Of a stretch of 41,126 nt of DNA, positions 7,999 to 15,875 are shown piece by piece. How positions within the stretch are numbered: the stretch's first letter is position 1; every line of letters begins with the position of its first letter. This DNA comes from an uncultured Anaerolineales bacterium (GTDB lineage Bacteria > Chloroflexota > Anaerolineae > Anaerolineales > UBA11858), in contig CAZZFZ010000006.1 of the NCBI GenBank assembly GCA_964653835.1, positions 1 through 41,126 on the forward strand, given 5' to 3'. A program made the translations under genes and the position numbers. The notes below the pieces were generated by a model, which did no database searches, was not told the DNA's origin, and saw nothing but the letters and a program-made list of their open reading frames with translations.

Positions 7999-10056
7999 AT
8001 GGCTCCTTCCTCGCCTGAACGCAGTAAGGATGTTCTGGCACGCCTGCAATCGCTGACGAAGACTCGCGGCTTCTTCGCCCTGGTCGTGCTCGGTGTGGGG
8101 TTCGCTGCCTACGGCCTGCAATTACGGCATCTGGGGTTTTATTGGGATGACTGGCCCTGGGTGTGGTTCTCGCACGTCATGGGGCCGCGGGGGATGCTGC
8201 AAATTGACGCGGAGCACCGTCCGCTCTCCGGCGTGGTGTTGTACATTGGATCGCTGTTGGCTGGCGAATCTCCCCTCGGATGGCAGCTTTATAACCTGGC
8301 CTTTCGCCTCGGCGGGGCGTTTGCCCTCCACTGGATGCTGAATCAGGTCTGGCCAGGTGAGCGCCGCCGTAACAAGGGGATCACTTTGCTCTTTCTGGTG
8401 TATCCGGCGTTCAGCCATCAGTTTGTGGCCGTCAACACCAGTCGTCATCTGTTTCCATTGATCCCCTTCTTCCTTTCTTTTGGCCTGACGGCGCGAGCGT
8501 TGGAGCATCCCCTCCGATTCCGGCAATACACAGCGGCGGCGCTGGCGCTCTCGCTGATCGCCATGTTCACCACGGAATACTATTACGGCCTGGAACTGGC
8601 GCGCCCGGTGCTGATCTGGCTGCTGGTTCGCCGCGAAGTCCGCCCATGGCGGGATGCCCTCAAAAAGACGTTGCTCGCCTGGCTGCCTTATTTGGTCATT
8701 CTGGCGGGGATTTTCACCTGGCGGTATCTGGTTTCGTTGCGCGTCAACTATTCAATTGTGATTTTTGAGGAGGTCGAAGCGCAGGCGGCAGCGGGGTTGG
8801 GGCAATTGCTTTGGCAGGCCGTGGGCGATCTTTTCTCGGCGGGTTTGGGAAGCTGGTTGCTGGCCTTTCGATTGCCGGATCCGGCGTTGTTCGGCGTGCG
8901 CGCCCGATTGTTGATCTGGGGCGTCGCCGCGGCTGTGACCAGCGGTGTTCTGCTGTACCTGATCTTTTCGGATACAGAGGGAGAAAGGGGCTCATCGGGC
9001 GTTGAAGTGCTGATCTTCGGCGCGGCGGCTTTAATCCTCAGTCCGCTGCCTTCTTGGGCTGCCGGCTTGGATCCCCGTCTGGACTTTCCCAATGACCGCT
9101 TGAACCTGCCAATGATGCTCGGCGCCAGTCTGTTGCTGATTTGGCTGATCGAGCGGCTCTTCCGCCGCCCCGCGCTCCAGGTGCTGGTGCTGGGCCTATG
9201 GGTTGGCCTCGCCACGGGGTATCATAACCAGATTGCCATCAGCTACCGGCGCGATTGGTTATATCAGGTTGCTTTCTTCCAGCAGCTCACCACGCGCATC
9301 CCCGCTCTGGAAGCGGGGACGGCCATCCTGACCAATGAACTGCCTTACGTCCGCTCGACTGATAACTCCCTCACCGCGCCGTTGAACTGGGTGTACGCGC
9401 CGGATTTCGGCGGAGGGGAACTGCCTCTGAATATCTTTTATATTGATCTGCGCTTTGGCCGCGATGAGCCTCAGATTGAGGGACACCCGATCTTCAACTC
9501 GGTTTATCGTTATTATCCTTTCCGGGGGGCATCCTCGCACTCGGTGGTGGTGTATCACCGCCCGCCAGCCTGCCTGCGGGTGATGGATGGGCGCCGCGAT
9601 CTGTATTATCCTCTGCTGCCCGATTACGTGCGGGATGCTCTGCCTTACTCTGACCCAGGGCGGATTATCCTCGATCCTGATCAGGAAGCCGTTCTGCCGC
9701 CTGTGCTGGCGGCTCTTCCCCAATTGAAGAACTGGTGCTTCTATTTTGAAAAAGCCGATCTGGCCCGTCAGCGCGGGGATTGGGAGGAGGTCGCCCGCCT
9801 GGGGGATATCGCCTTTACCCTGGAGGATTCCCCAAACCATGCCTCGGAGCGTATCCCTTTCGTTGAGGGGTACGCGCACGTTGGGGAGTGGGAAAAAGCC
9901 GTCGCCCTGAGCGAAGAGGCCTTGCGGATTAATCAGTTTATGGGGCCGATGCTATGTGAAACCTGGGAGCGCATCGCCGCCGACACCCCTCCCTCGCCGG
10001 AGCGCGACGCCATCCTGGAAAACATCAACGCCCGCCTGGGCTGCACGCGGTATTAA
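7999..10056 (+). CDS. Large polytopic membrane protein, possibly a GT-C-fold glycosyltransferase, with a C-terminal soluble helical-repeat region
   Basis: More than 10 hydrophobic helices. Acidic first-loop motif GFYWDDWPW resembles the GT-C DD/DE loop. The C-terminal 150 aa or so is soluble (GDWEEVARLGDIAF, GEWEKAVALSEEALRI). I chose the ATG at 7999; an ATG at 7954 would overlap the cupin gene by 38 nt. The CDS is well supported; the function is tentative. Confidence 0.6.
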   Translation: MAPSSPERSKDVLARLQSLTKTRGFFALVVLGVGFAAYGLQLRHLGFYWDDWPWVWFSHVMGPRGMLQIDAEHRPLSGVVLYIGSLLAGESPLGWQLYNLAFRLGGAFALHWMLNQVWPGERRRNKGITLLFLVYPAFSHQFVAVNTSRHLFPLIPFFLSFGLTARALEHPLRFRQYTAAALALSLIAMFTTEYYYGLELARPVLIWLLVRREVRPWRDALKKTLLAWLPYLVILAGIFTWRYLVSLRVNYSIVIFEEVEAQAAAGLGQLLWQAVGDLFSAGLGSWLLAFRLPDPALFGVRARLLIWGVAAAVTSGVLLYLIFSDTEGERGSSGVEVLIFGAAALILSPLPSWAAGLDPRLDFPNDRLNLPMMLGASLLLIWLIERLFRRPALQVLVLGLWVGLATGYHNQIAISYRRDWLYQVAFFQQLTTRIPALEAGTAILTNELPYVRSTDNSLTAPLNWVYAPDFGGGELPLNIFYIDLRFGRDEPQIEGHPIFNSVYRYYPFRGASSHSVVVYHRPPACLRVMDGRRDLYYPLLPDYVRDALPYSDPGRIILDPDQEAVLPPVLAALPQLKNWCFYFEKADLARQRGDWEEVARLGDIAFTLEDSPNHASERIPFVEGYAHVGEWEKAVALSEEALRINQFMGPMLCETWERIAADTPPSPERDAILENINARLGCTRY

Positions 10057-10216
10057 AAGGGGGGGCTTTGGTTTATTCTCGGCGAAAGCGATGAGTTTTC
10101 GCTAAAATCCCTTGACCGAAACTCAGGTAAAATTGTTCAGTTTCACGCCAGACGCAAGGGTATAATGTTCAAAATAAGTTCCACGGCTCTGCGTTAAAAA
10201 AAATCAGGAGTCTTCT

Positions 10217-12718
10217 ATGCTCGATACCAAAGGGAAGTTCTACCTTGGCCGTATCCTCGATGCGGATAAGCCCCTGCTTTATGACCCCGCCGACCTGACC
10301 ACTCACGCTGTGGTCGTCGGGATGACCGGCTCTGGCAAGACCGGGCTGTGCATTGATCTGCTCGAGGAGGCCGCATTGCAGGGTATCCCCGCGCTGATGA
10401 TTGACCCCAAAGGGGATATCACCAACGCACTGTTGCACTTCCCTGATCTGCTCCCCGCCGACTTTCAGCCCTGGATCAACCCCGATGAAGCCCGGCGCGA
10501 GGGCAAAACCGTCGAGCAGGCTGCCGCGGATGTCGCCGCGCGTTGGGAGAAAAGTCTTCGCGAATGGGGCCTGGGGAGCGAGCGGCTGCGCGCTCTGAAG
10601 AACGCTGCTCAATTCGCCGTCTTTACCCCCGGCTCGGACGCCGGTCTGCCGGTCAGCATCCTCGCCAGCCTGAAGGCGCCGGAGATCCCCTGGGAAGAGA
10701 ACAAGGAATTGTTGCGCCAGAAAATCTCCGGCACGGTGACCGCACTGCTGGGGCTTGTGGGCCTGAGAGATATTGACCCGGTGCGCTCGCGCGAGCACAT
10801 CCTGCTCTCCAATATCTTTGAAAACGCCTGGAGCCAGGGAAAAGACCTTGATCTGGGCGAGCTGATCCTTCAAACTCAGAACCCTCCCTTTGCCAAGCTG
10901 GGGGTCTTCGACGTCAACACCTTCTTCCCGGAGAAGGATCGCTTTGAACTGGCGATGCTGCTCAACAACATCCTGGCCGCGCCCAGCTTTCAGTCCTGGA
11001 TCGAGGGCCAGCCGCTGGATATCTCTGGTTTGCTCTATGCGCCGGATGGGCGGCCACGCCACAGCGTGTTCTACATCGCCCACCTGAACGATGCGGAGCG
11101 TATGTTCTTCATCACTTTACTCTACGCCGCCATCGAAACCTGGATGCGAGCGCAGAGCGGCACCACCGGCCTGCGGGCGCTGGTCTATTTTGATGAGATT
11201 TTTGGTTACATGCCGCCAGTGGCGAACCCGCCTGCCAAGCCGCCCATGCTGCGGATGCTCAAACAGGGGCGCGCTTTTGGCGTTGGACAGGTGCTGGTCA
11301 CGCAGAATCCCGCCGACCTGGACTACAAGGCGCTTTCCAACGCTGGTACGTGGTTCATCGGCAAGTTGCAGACCGAAAATGACAAAAACCGCCTGCTGGA
11401 TGGCCTGCAGGGCGCCATGCCTGGGCTGGATCGTCGCTATTATGACAAACTGCTATCCACGCTGGATAAGCGCGTTTTTCTGTTGCACAACGTTCACCAA
11501 GAGAAGCCGGTGCAATTCAAGACCCGCTGGGCGATGAACTACCTGGCCGGGCCGTTGACCCGTGCGCAGATCCCGGCGTTGAATCAGCTGGCTGGCGCGG
11601 CTGGACTTCCGATCTCTGAAACGACGTCGAAAGTCTCAAAACGCGCTTCTGCCGCTGTGGCCTCCGCCCCGGCGCCCGATGCTCATCAACAAACGTCTGT
11701 GGGGGCTCCTTCCGGCTCTGCCACCCGTCCGGCAGTCCCCGCCGGGGTTGACGAGTATTTCCTGCCCAACAATCTGACCCTCTCGCAGGCAGCTAAGGCG
11801 GCGGGTCAAACGCTGCCCCAGGACGCCCAGGCGCAGGGGTTGATTTACCGGCCGGTGTTGCTGGCGCAGGCCTCGGTGCGCTTCTTGCAGCGGAAATATA
11901 ACCTTGATTATGAGGAAACTCGAACCGCGCTGGTGCTGGAGCCGGATCGTCGCGGCACCGCTCGCTGGGAGGACTGGCTTACCGCCCCGCTGGATGAGCG
12001 CTCCCTCGACCGGGACCCCGCGCCGGGGGCGACTTTTGCCGCGCTGGAGGCTCCGCTCAATAATGGCAAGTTGCTGCGCGCCTTGAAAGGTGATTTCACC
12101 GATTGGGTTTATCGCAGCACCGAGGTGAACGTGCGCGCCAACGATGCCTTGAAGGTCTACGCCGGGCCGCAGGTCTCGCAGGCGGAGTTCCGCCGCCTGT
12201 GCAGCGAGGCCGCCCGTCAGAAACGGGATACCGAGCTTGCCAAAGTGGAAGAACGCTTTGCACGCAAACTCAAAACCCTGGAAAATCGCCTGCGCCGCGA
12301 ACAGCGTGAGCTGGAGCAGGACGAGGTTGAGCTGGCCCAGCGCAAGCTGGAGGAGTACGGCACGCACGCCGAAAACTTGCTCGGCCTGCTCAGCCGCCGT
12401 CGTAGGCGGCTCTCCACATCGCTCACCAAGCGCCGCCTGACCCAGCAGGCCAAAGAAGATGTGGAAGAATCCATCGCCGCCATCGCCGATTACGAGCGTC
12501 AGATTCAGGAGTTGGAAACCGAAAAGGCCGCCGCGCTTCAGGCCGTCCAGGAGAAGTGGGCGGATCTCAGCGACGACATGACCGAAATCCCCGTGCGTCC
12601 TTATAAAAAAGACATCTTGCTCGACCTGTTTGGCGTGGCCTGGATGCCCTATCACGTTGTTGAGGCTGGCGGGCGGGTGTTGGAGTTGCCTGGCTACGGG
12701 AGCGGCGCGAACAACTGA
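10217..12718 (+). CDS. HerA/FtsK-superfamily P-loop NTPase (YjgR/DUF853-like) with a C-terminal linker and coiled-coil extension of about 370 aa
   Basis: AGGAG RBS. Walker A VVVGMTGSGKTG followed by ALMIDPKGD. Walker B ALVYFDEIFGYMP. Sensor-like VLVTQNPADLD. The C-terminus has an Ala/Pro/Ser-rich linker and then a heptad-rich charged segment (ELAKVEERFARKLKTLENRLRREQRELEQDEVELAQRKLEEYG, IADYERQIQELETEKAAALQAVQEKW). Confidence 0.8.
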   Translation: MLDTKGKFYLGRILDADKPLLYDPADLTTHAVVVGMTGSGKTGLCIDLLEEAALQGIPALMIDPKGDITNALLHFPDLLPADFQPWINPDEARREGKTVEQAAADVAARWEKSLREWGLGSERLRALKNAAQFAVFTPGSDAGLPVSILASLKAPEIPWEENKELLRQKISGTVTALLGLVGLRDIDPVRSREHILLSNIFENAWSQGKDLDLGELILQTQNPPFAKLGVFDVNTFFPEKDRFELAMLLNNILAAPSFQSWIEGQPLDISGLLYAPDGRPRHSVFYIAHLNDAERMFFITLLYAAIETWMRAQSGTTGLRALVYFDEIFGYMPPVANPPAKPPMLRMLKQGRAFGVGQVLVTQNPADLDYKALSNAGTWFIGKLQTENDKNRLLDGLQGAMPGLDRRYYDKLLSTLDKRVFLLHNVHQEKPVQFKTRWAMNYLAGPLTRAQIPALNQLAGAAGLPISETTSKVSKRASAAVASAPAPDAHQQTSVGAPSGSATRPAVPAGVDEYFLPNNLTLSQAAKAAGQTLPQDAQAQGLIYRPVLLAQASVRFLQRKYNLDYEETRTALVLEPDRRGTARWEDWLTAPLDERSLDRDPAPGATFAALEAPLNNGKLLRALKGDFTDWVYRSTEVNVRANDALKVYAGPQVSQAEFRRLCSEAARQKRDTELAKVEERFARKLKTLENRLRREQRELEQDEVELAQRKLEEYGTHAENLLGLLSRRRRRLSTSLTKRRLTQQAKEDVEESIAAIADYERQIQELETEKAAALQAVQEKWADLSDDMTEIPVRPYKKDILLDLFGVAWMPYHVVEAGGRVLELPGYGSGANN

Positions 12719-12798
12719 TCCGGTGATAGGCTGCGCACGGCTGACCGCCGCTCTAATCCCTGGTTACCCAATCCCAGTTTCCTGATTGCCTTTTTCCC

Positions 12799-13368
12799 AT
12801 GTCCGATAAAACCTATACCATAACCGACCAGACTGGCCGCGCCATCACCGTCGTGGTGCGCCGCGATAAACGCTTGAAGAAATCCTCCCGTTGGGGCTGG
12901 CAGGCAGATAGTAGCATATTGCTGCGCGTGCCCTACCGCCTGCCCAACGCGGTGATCGGGCGGTTACTCGATCAGGTGGCCGATCATCTGCAAAAACAAG
13001 AGAAGCTGGCCGAGCGCCGCACGGACGCCGAACTTCAGCAGCGCGCCGAGTACATCAACAAGAAGTACTTTGGCGGGCGCATCCAATGGAAAGCCATCCG
13101 CTGGGTGAGCAACATGAACACCCGCCTGGGAAGCTGCACTAACGGCGGCCGCACCGACGGCCACATCCGCATCAGCGATAAGATCAAAGACTGGCCGCAG
13201 TGGGTGATTGACGCCGTGATCGCCCACGAACTCGTCCACCGCCTGCACAACGACCACAGCCCGGCCTTCTGGAAAACCCTCAACGAGGGGTATCCGCTCG
13301 CCGAGCGGGCGCGCGGTTTTGTGGAAGGGGTGGGCTTTGCTGAAGGGAGACACTATCAGGATGACTGA
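12799..13368 (+). CDS. DUF45/YgjP-like zincin (HExxH) metal-dependent hydrolase
   Basis: RLGSCT followed by VIAHELVHRLHNDHSPAFWKTL is the typical DUF45 layout. No obvious RBS. Confidence 0.8.
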   Translation: MSDKTYTITDQTGRAITVVVRRDKRLKKSSRWGWQADSSILLRVPYRLPNAVIGRLLDQVADHLQKQEKLAERRTDAELQQRAEYINKKYFGGRIQWKAIRWVSNMNTRLGSCTNGGRTDGHIRISDKIKDWPQWVIDAVIAHELVHRLHNDHSPAFWKTLNEGYPLAERARGFVEGVGFAEGRHYQDD

Positions 13369-14083
13369 TATTGGTATCTTCCTCGTGATCTTTCTGGCCG
13401 CGTTCACGCAGAGCCTTTCGGGGTTTGGGTCGGCGCTGGTGGCGATGGCCTTTTTACCCGCGTTGATCGGCATCCAGGCGGCCTCACCGCTGGTGGCCGT
13501 GGCGGTGTTGACCCTGGAGGCGATTCTGCTGGTGATTTACCGCCAGGCGCTCAATTTCCAGGTGATCTGGCGGGTGATCGCCGGTTCGCTGATCGGCGTG
13601 CCGTTGGGGTTGTTGCTCCTTGAGCGTGTCCCGGAGCGCATTGTGCTGACTTTGCTGGGTATCATCATCCTGGGGTACGCGCTCTACGCCTTGTTGGAGA
13701 TCGCGCTGCCGGCCCTGCGGGCGCCCATTTGGGCGTATCTCTTCGGGTTGCTCGCGGGGATGCTGGGTGGCGCGTACAATACCTCCGGCCCGCCCGTGGT
13801 GATCTATGCTAACTGCCGTCGCTGGCAACCGGTGGAATTCAAGAGCAACATGCAGGGGTTTTTTATCTTTTCCAGCCTGCTGGTGGCCGGGGCGCATTTT
13901 GTCAACAACAACCTGACGGCTGCCGTGTGGCGTTATTACGCGCTTTCGCTGCCCGCGCTGTTGCTTGGCATCCTGGCTGGCACCCGCCTGGATGGCGTGA
14001 TTGACGCCAGAACCTTTCAACGGATTGTGTTGATCTTGCTGGCCTTGATGGGCTTACGTTTGATCCTCGGTCAGATTGGGTAG
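13361..14083 (+). CDS. TSUP (TauE/SafE, DUF81) family membrane transporter
   Basis: The ATG at 13361 overlaps the DUF45 stop by 8 nt. N-terminus FLVIFLAAFTQSLSGFGSALV, about 8 TM helices, Gly-rich LAGMLGGAYNTSGPP. The track start at 13319 is an upstream TTG. Confidence 0.75.
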   Translation: MTDIGIFLVIFLAAFTQSLSGFGSALVAMAFLPALIGIQAASPLVAVAVLTLEAILLVIYRQALNFQVIWRVIAGSLIGVPLGLLLLERVPERIVLTLLGIIILGYALYALLEIALPALRAPIWAYLFGLLAGMLGGAYNTSGPPVVIYANCRRWQPVEFKSNMQGFFIFSSLLVAGAHFVNNNLTAAVWRYYALSLPALLLGILAGTRLDGVIDARTFQRIVLILLALMGLRLILGQIG

Positions 14084-14129
14084 AAGGGAAGGCGGACTCA
14101 AAGGTTGCAGCAGAAGCTGTGTGTGTTTA

Positions 14130-14235
14130 CCACGGAGACGCTGAGAACACGGAGTGGCTTGGCGAACTTCCACAGAGAAATTCTCGGTGGTCTCCGTGAC
14201 TCCGTGGTGAACATTGACTGCAATATCTGCATCTG
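14130..14235 (+). repeat. Structured intergenic repeat, family A copy 2 (three nested helices, GTGGTGAAC tail, CTGC-rich tandem)
   Basis: CCACGGAG (14130-14137) pairs with CTCCGTGG (14200-14207). CACGGAG (14148-14154) pairs with CTCCGTG (14192-14198). CCACAGAG (14170-14177) pairs with CTCGGTGG (14183-14190) with 1 mismatch. GTGGTGAAC lies at 14204-14212, followed by ATTGACTGCAATATCTGCATCTG. Confidence 0.6.
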
Positions 14236-14262
14236 TTGAGTGCACTCTAGCGAAAACTGTGC

Positions 14263-14291
14263 TTGCGTGATCTACGCAGGTACACTATACT
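14263..14291 (+). promoter_or_regulatory. Candidate promoter for the 69-aa ORF
   Basis: TTGCGT (14263-14268), 17-nt spacer, TATACT (14286-14291). Confidence 0.3.
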
Positions 14292-14405
14292 TGCAGCGTC
14301 CCCCCATTTTGATGACAATTACACCAGGGGTGCCAACCATCAGTCGCCGTTGTGCTGCTTTGCCTGGCGCAACATTTTACCTTCTTATGAAAAGGAGAGT
14401 TCCCG

Positions 14406-14615
14406 ATGGCTTTCAGTTTTACCAATTCCAAAGGCACAACTTACTATTTGCACGGCAAAACCACCATAACCAAAACCGGCAAGCAGCGCACACTGTATTT
14501 CTTTGCAAAAGAGGTCAAACCCGAGGGCGCGTTGGACATCGTCCCGGCCGGGTATGAGGTCTCAGAGAGCAAGAACGGCCTGCCTGTGTTGAAGAAGAAG
14601 CACTATCCTGGTTAA
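14406..14615 (+). CDS. Small basic hypothetical protein (69 aa)
   Basis: Strong RBS AAAGGAGAG with ATG 7 nt downstream. Followed by a hairpin plus T-run. Lys-rich sequence (YYLHGKTTITKTGKQRTLYFFAKEVKP ... NGLPVLKKKH). No family recognised. Confidence 0.65.
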   Translation: MAFSFTNSKGTTYYLHGKTTITKTGKQRTLYFFAKEVKPEGALDIVPAGYEVSESKNGLPVLKKKHYPG

Positions 14616-14621
14616 AGCCGC

Positions 14622-14650
14622 GGCCCCCGGCAATTTCGGGGGCCGTTTTG
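14622..14650 (+). terminator. Rho-independent terminator
   Basis: GGCCCCCG (14622-14629), 7-nt loop, CGGGGGCC (14637-14644), then GTTTTG. It sits between the convergent genes ending at 14615 (+) and 14676 (-). Confidence 0.7.
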
Positions 14651-14675
14651 ATTCTATGGGGGGAGTGCTGTGGGG

Positions 14676-15776
14676 TCACCGCCACACGGAGATGAACTCG
14701 GCGATCTTCTCTTTGATGTCGGCGAAGCGATCGGTGGGCAGGCGGTAATTCGCTAGGTACTCGCGGGCGGCCTGTTCGCCGCTCTCGACCATCTGGCGGT
14801 AGCGCGGGTCGCTCATCTCGGGGCGGATGTCAAAATCAATCGGCGAGACGCAACAATTGCTCACGTTGATGGAGCGTAATCGATCGGCGGCGCGGTAGTT
14901 GATTGTGGTGTTTTGTAACTCGCCGATGGTTTCCATCAGATTCTCGGCAAAATGGATCAGGTTGGTGATCGGTTCTTCGCGTTGGGGGCAATCTTCGGGG
15001 GTGTAAAGGCGGCAGCCCAGCGTTTCCCAGTTGATCCCATAGGTGAAGTGACGGCTGGTGGCGGCGAATTCGGGGGCGTCGAACAGGTTGATGGGGAAGT
15101 TGCTCAGCGCGCCGCCGTCCACGTAATAATCCCCCTGGCCGATGGCCTGGCCGTCGAATTGGATGGCCTCAAAGAGGAAGGGGATGCTCCCCGACATCAA
15201 CACGGCATCGGCCACGGCGACGTTGGGCGTCGTCTCTGCCGAAAAGACCTCCGCCCGATGGCGGGAGACGTTGACGACCACGATATACAGGTCCCGGAAG
15301 CCACGGGCGCGAAAATCGGCGAACGTGGCGCGCCCGTCCCCGTCGCATTGACGGGCGATGGTTTCCTCCAGCCAGGCGCGCATGTAGTCATTGGAATAGA
15401 GCCCAAAGCGGCGGATCAGCCGGTTGATGGCGCTCAGGTTGCCGCGCACCTTGCCCAGCTGCGCTTCTAGCAAGCGGGTTTCACGACGATTGGCCTCGTC
15501 GTTGGCTGAAGAGGAGCGCACCTGTGTGAGATCGAGGGATTTGTACAGCGCAATCGTTTCCTCGACGCTGAGGCGAAAGCTGAGCAGCGTGGCTTGCAGC
15601 GCGCCGGCTGACGTGCCCCCGACGCGCTCGATTTGCTTCAGGATGCCGTGCTCCTCAAGCACGCGCAGCACTCCATGATAACCATATGCTTTGACTCCGC
15701 CCCCCTGAAAGACCAAGTTGCGGAATGGATAACCGGATGAAAACGATGGTAGCGATATCATCGGACGTTTCGTCAT
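14676..15776 (-). CDS. Patatin-like phospholipase with a C-terminal extension of about 100 aa
   Basis: Oxyanion loop FQGGGVKAYG, nucleophile elbow GGTSAGA (GxSxG), catalytic Asp in YYVDGGALSNFP. I chose the start at 15776 because AGGAGG lies 6 nt upstream. The track start at 15854 lacks an RBS. Confidence 0.85.
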   Translation of the reverse strand: MTKRPMISLPSFSSGYPFRNLVFQGGGVKAYGYHGVLRVLEEHGILKQIERVGGTSAGALQATLLSFRLSVEETIALYKSLDLTQVRSSSANDEANRRETRLLEAQLGKVRGNLSAINRLIRRFGLYSNDYMRAWLEETIARQCDGDGRATFADFRARGFRDLYIVVVNVSRHRAEVFSAETTPNVAVADAVLMSGSIPFLFEAIQFDGQAIGQGDYYVDGGALSNFPINLFDAPEFAATSRHFTYGINWETLGCRLYTPEDCPQREEPITNLIHFAENLMETIGELQNTTINYRAADRLRSINVSNCCVSPIDFDIRPEMSDPRYRQMVESGEQAAREYLANYRLPTDRFADIKEKIAEFISVWR

Positions 15777-15875
15777 GTTCAACCTCCTGAACAACCCCTT
15801 CTTGTGGTGGCCATGCGGATGAATTGTACCGCCGAGTTGCGAAAAACGATACATTGGTGGTAAAGTAGATTCGCC

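Noticed and set aside
8565-8575. GTTCACCACGG inside the membrane-protein CDS, the reverse complement of the family A tail CCGTGGTGAAC.
   Set aside because: It is embedded in the coding frame (AMFTTEYY) with none of the flanking stems. Most likely a chance match.
10161-10166. Perfect TATAAT 50 nt upstream of the ATPase gene, as a possible promoter.
   Set aside because: No -35-like hexamer at 16-18 nt and no TG extension. Too weak to annotate.
13319-13360. Upstream alternative starts given by the ORF track. These are 13319 (TTG), 7954, 15854, 16640, 19459 and 39271 (TTG).
   Set aside because: Each would create a large overlap with the preceding gene. In each case a downstream ATG has a better RBS or a stop-start junction, and gives an N-terminus typical of the family.
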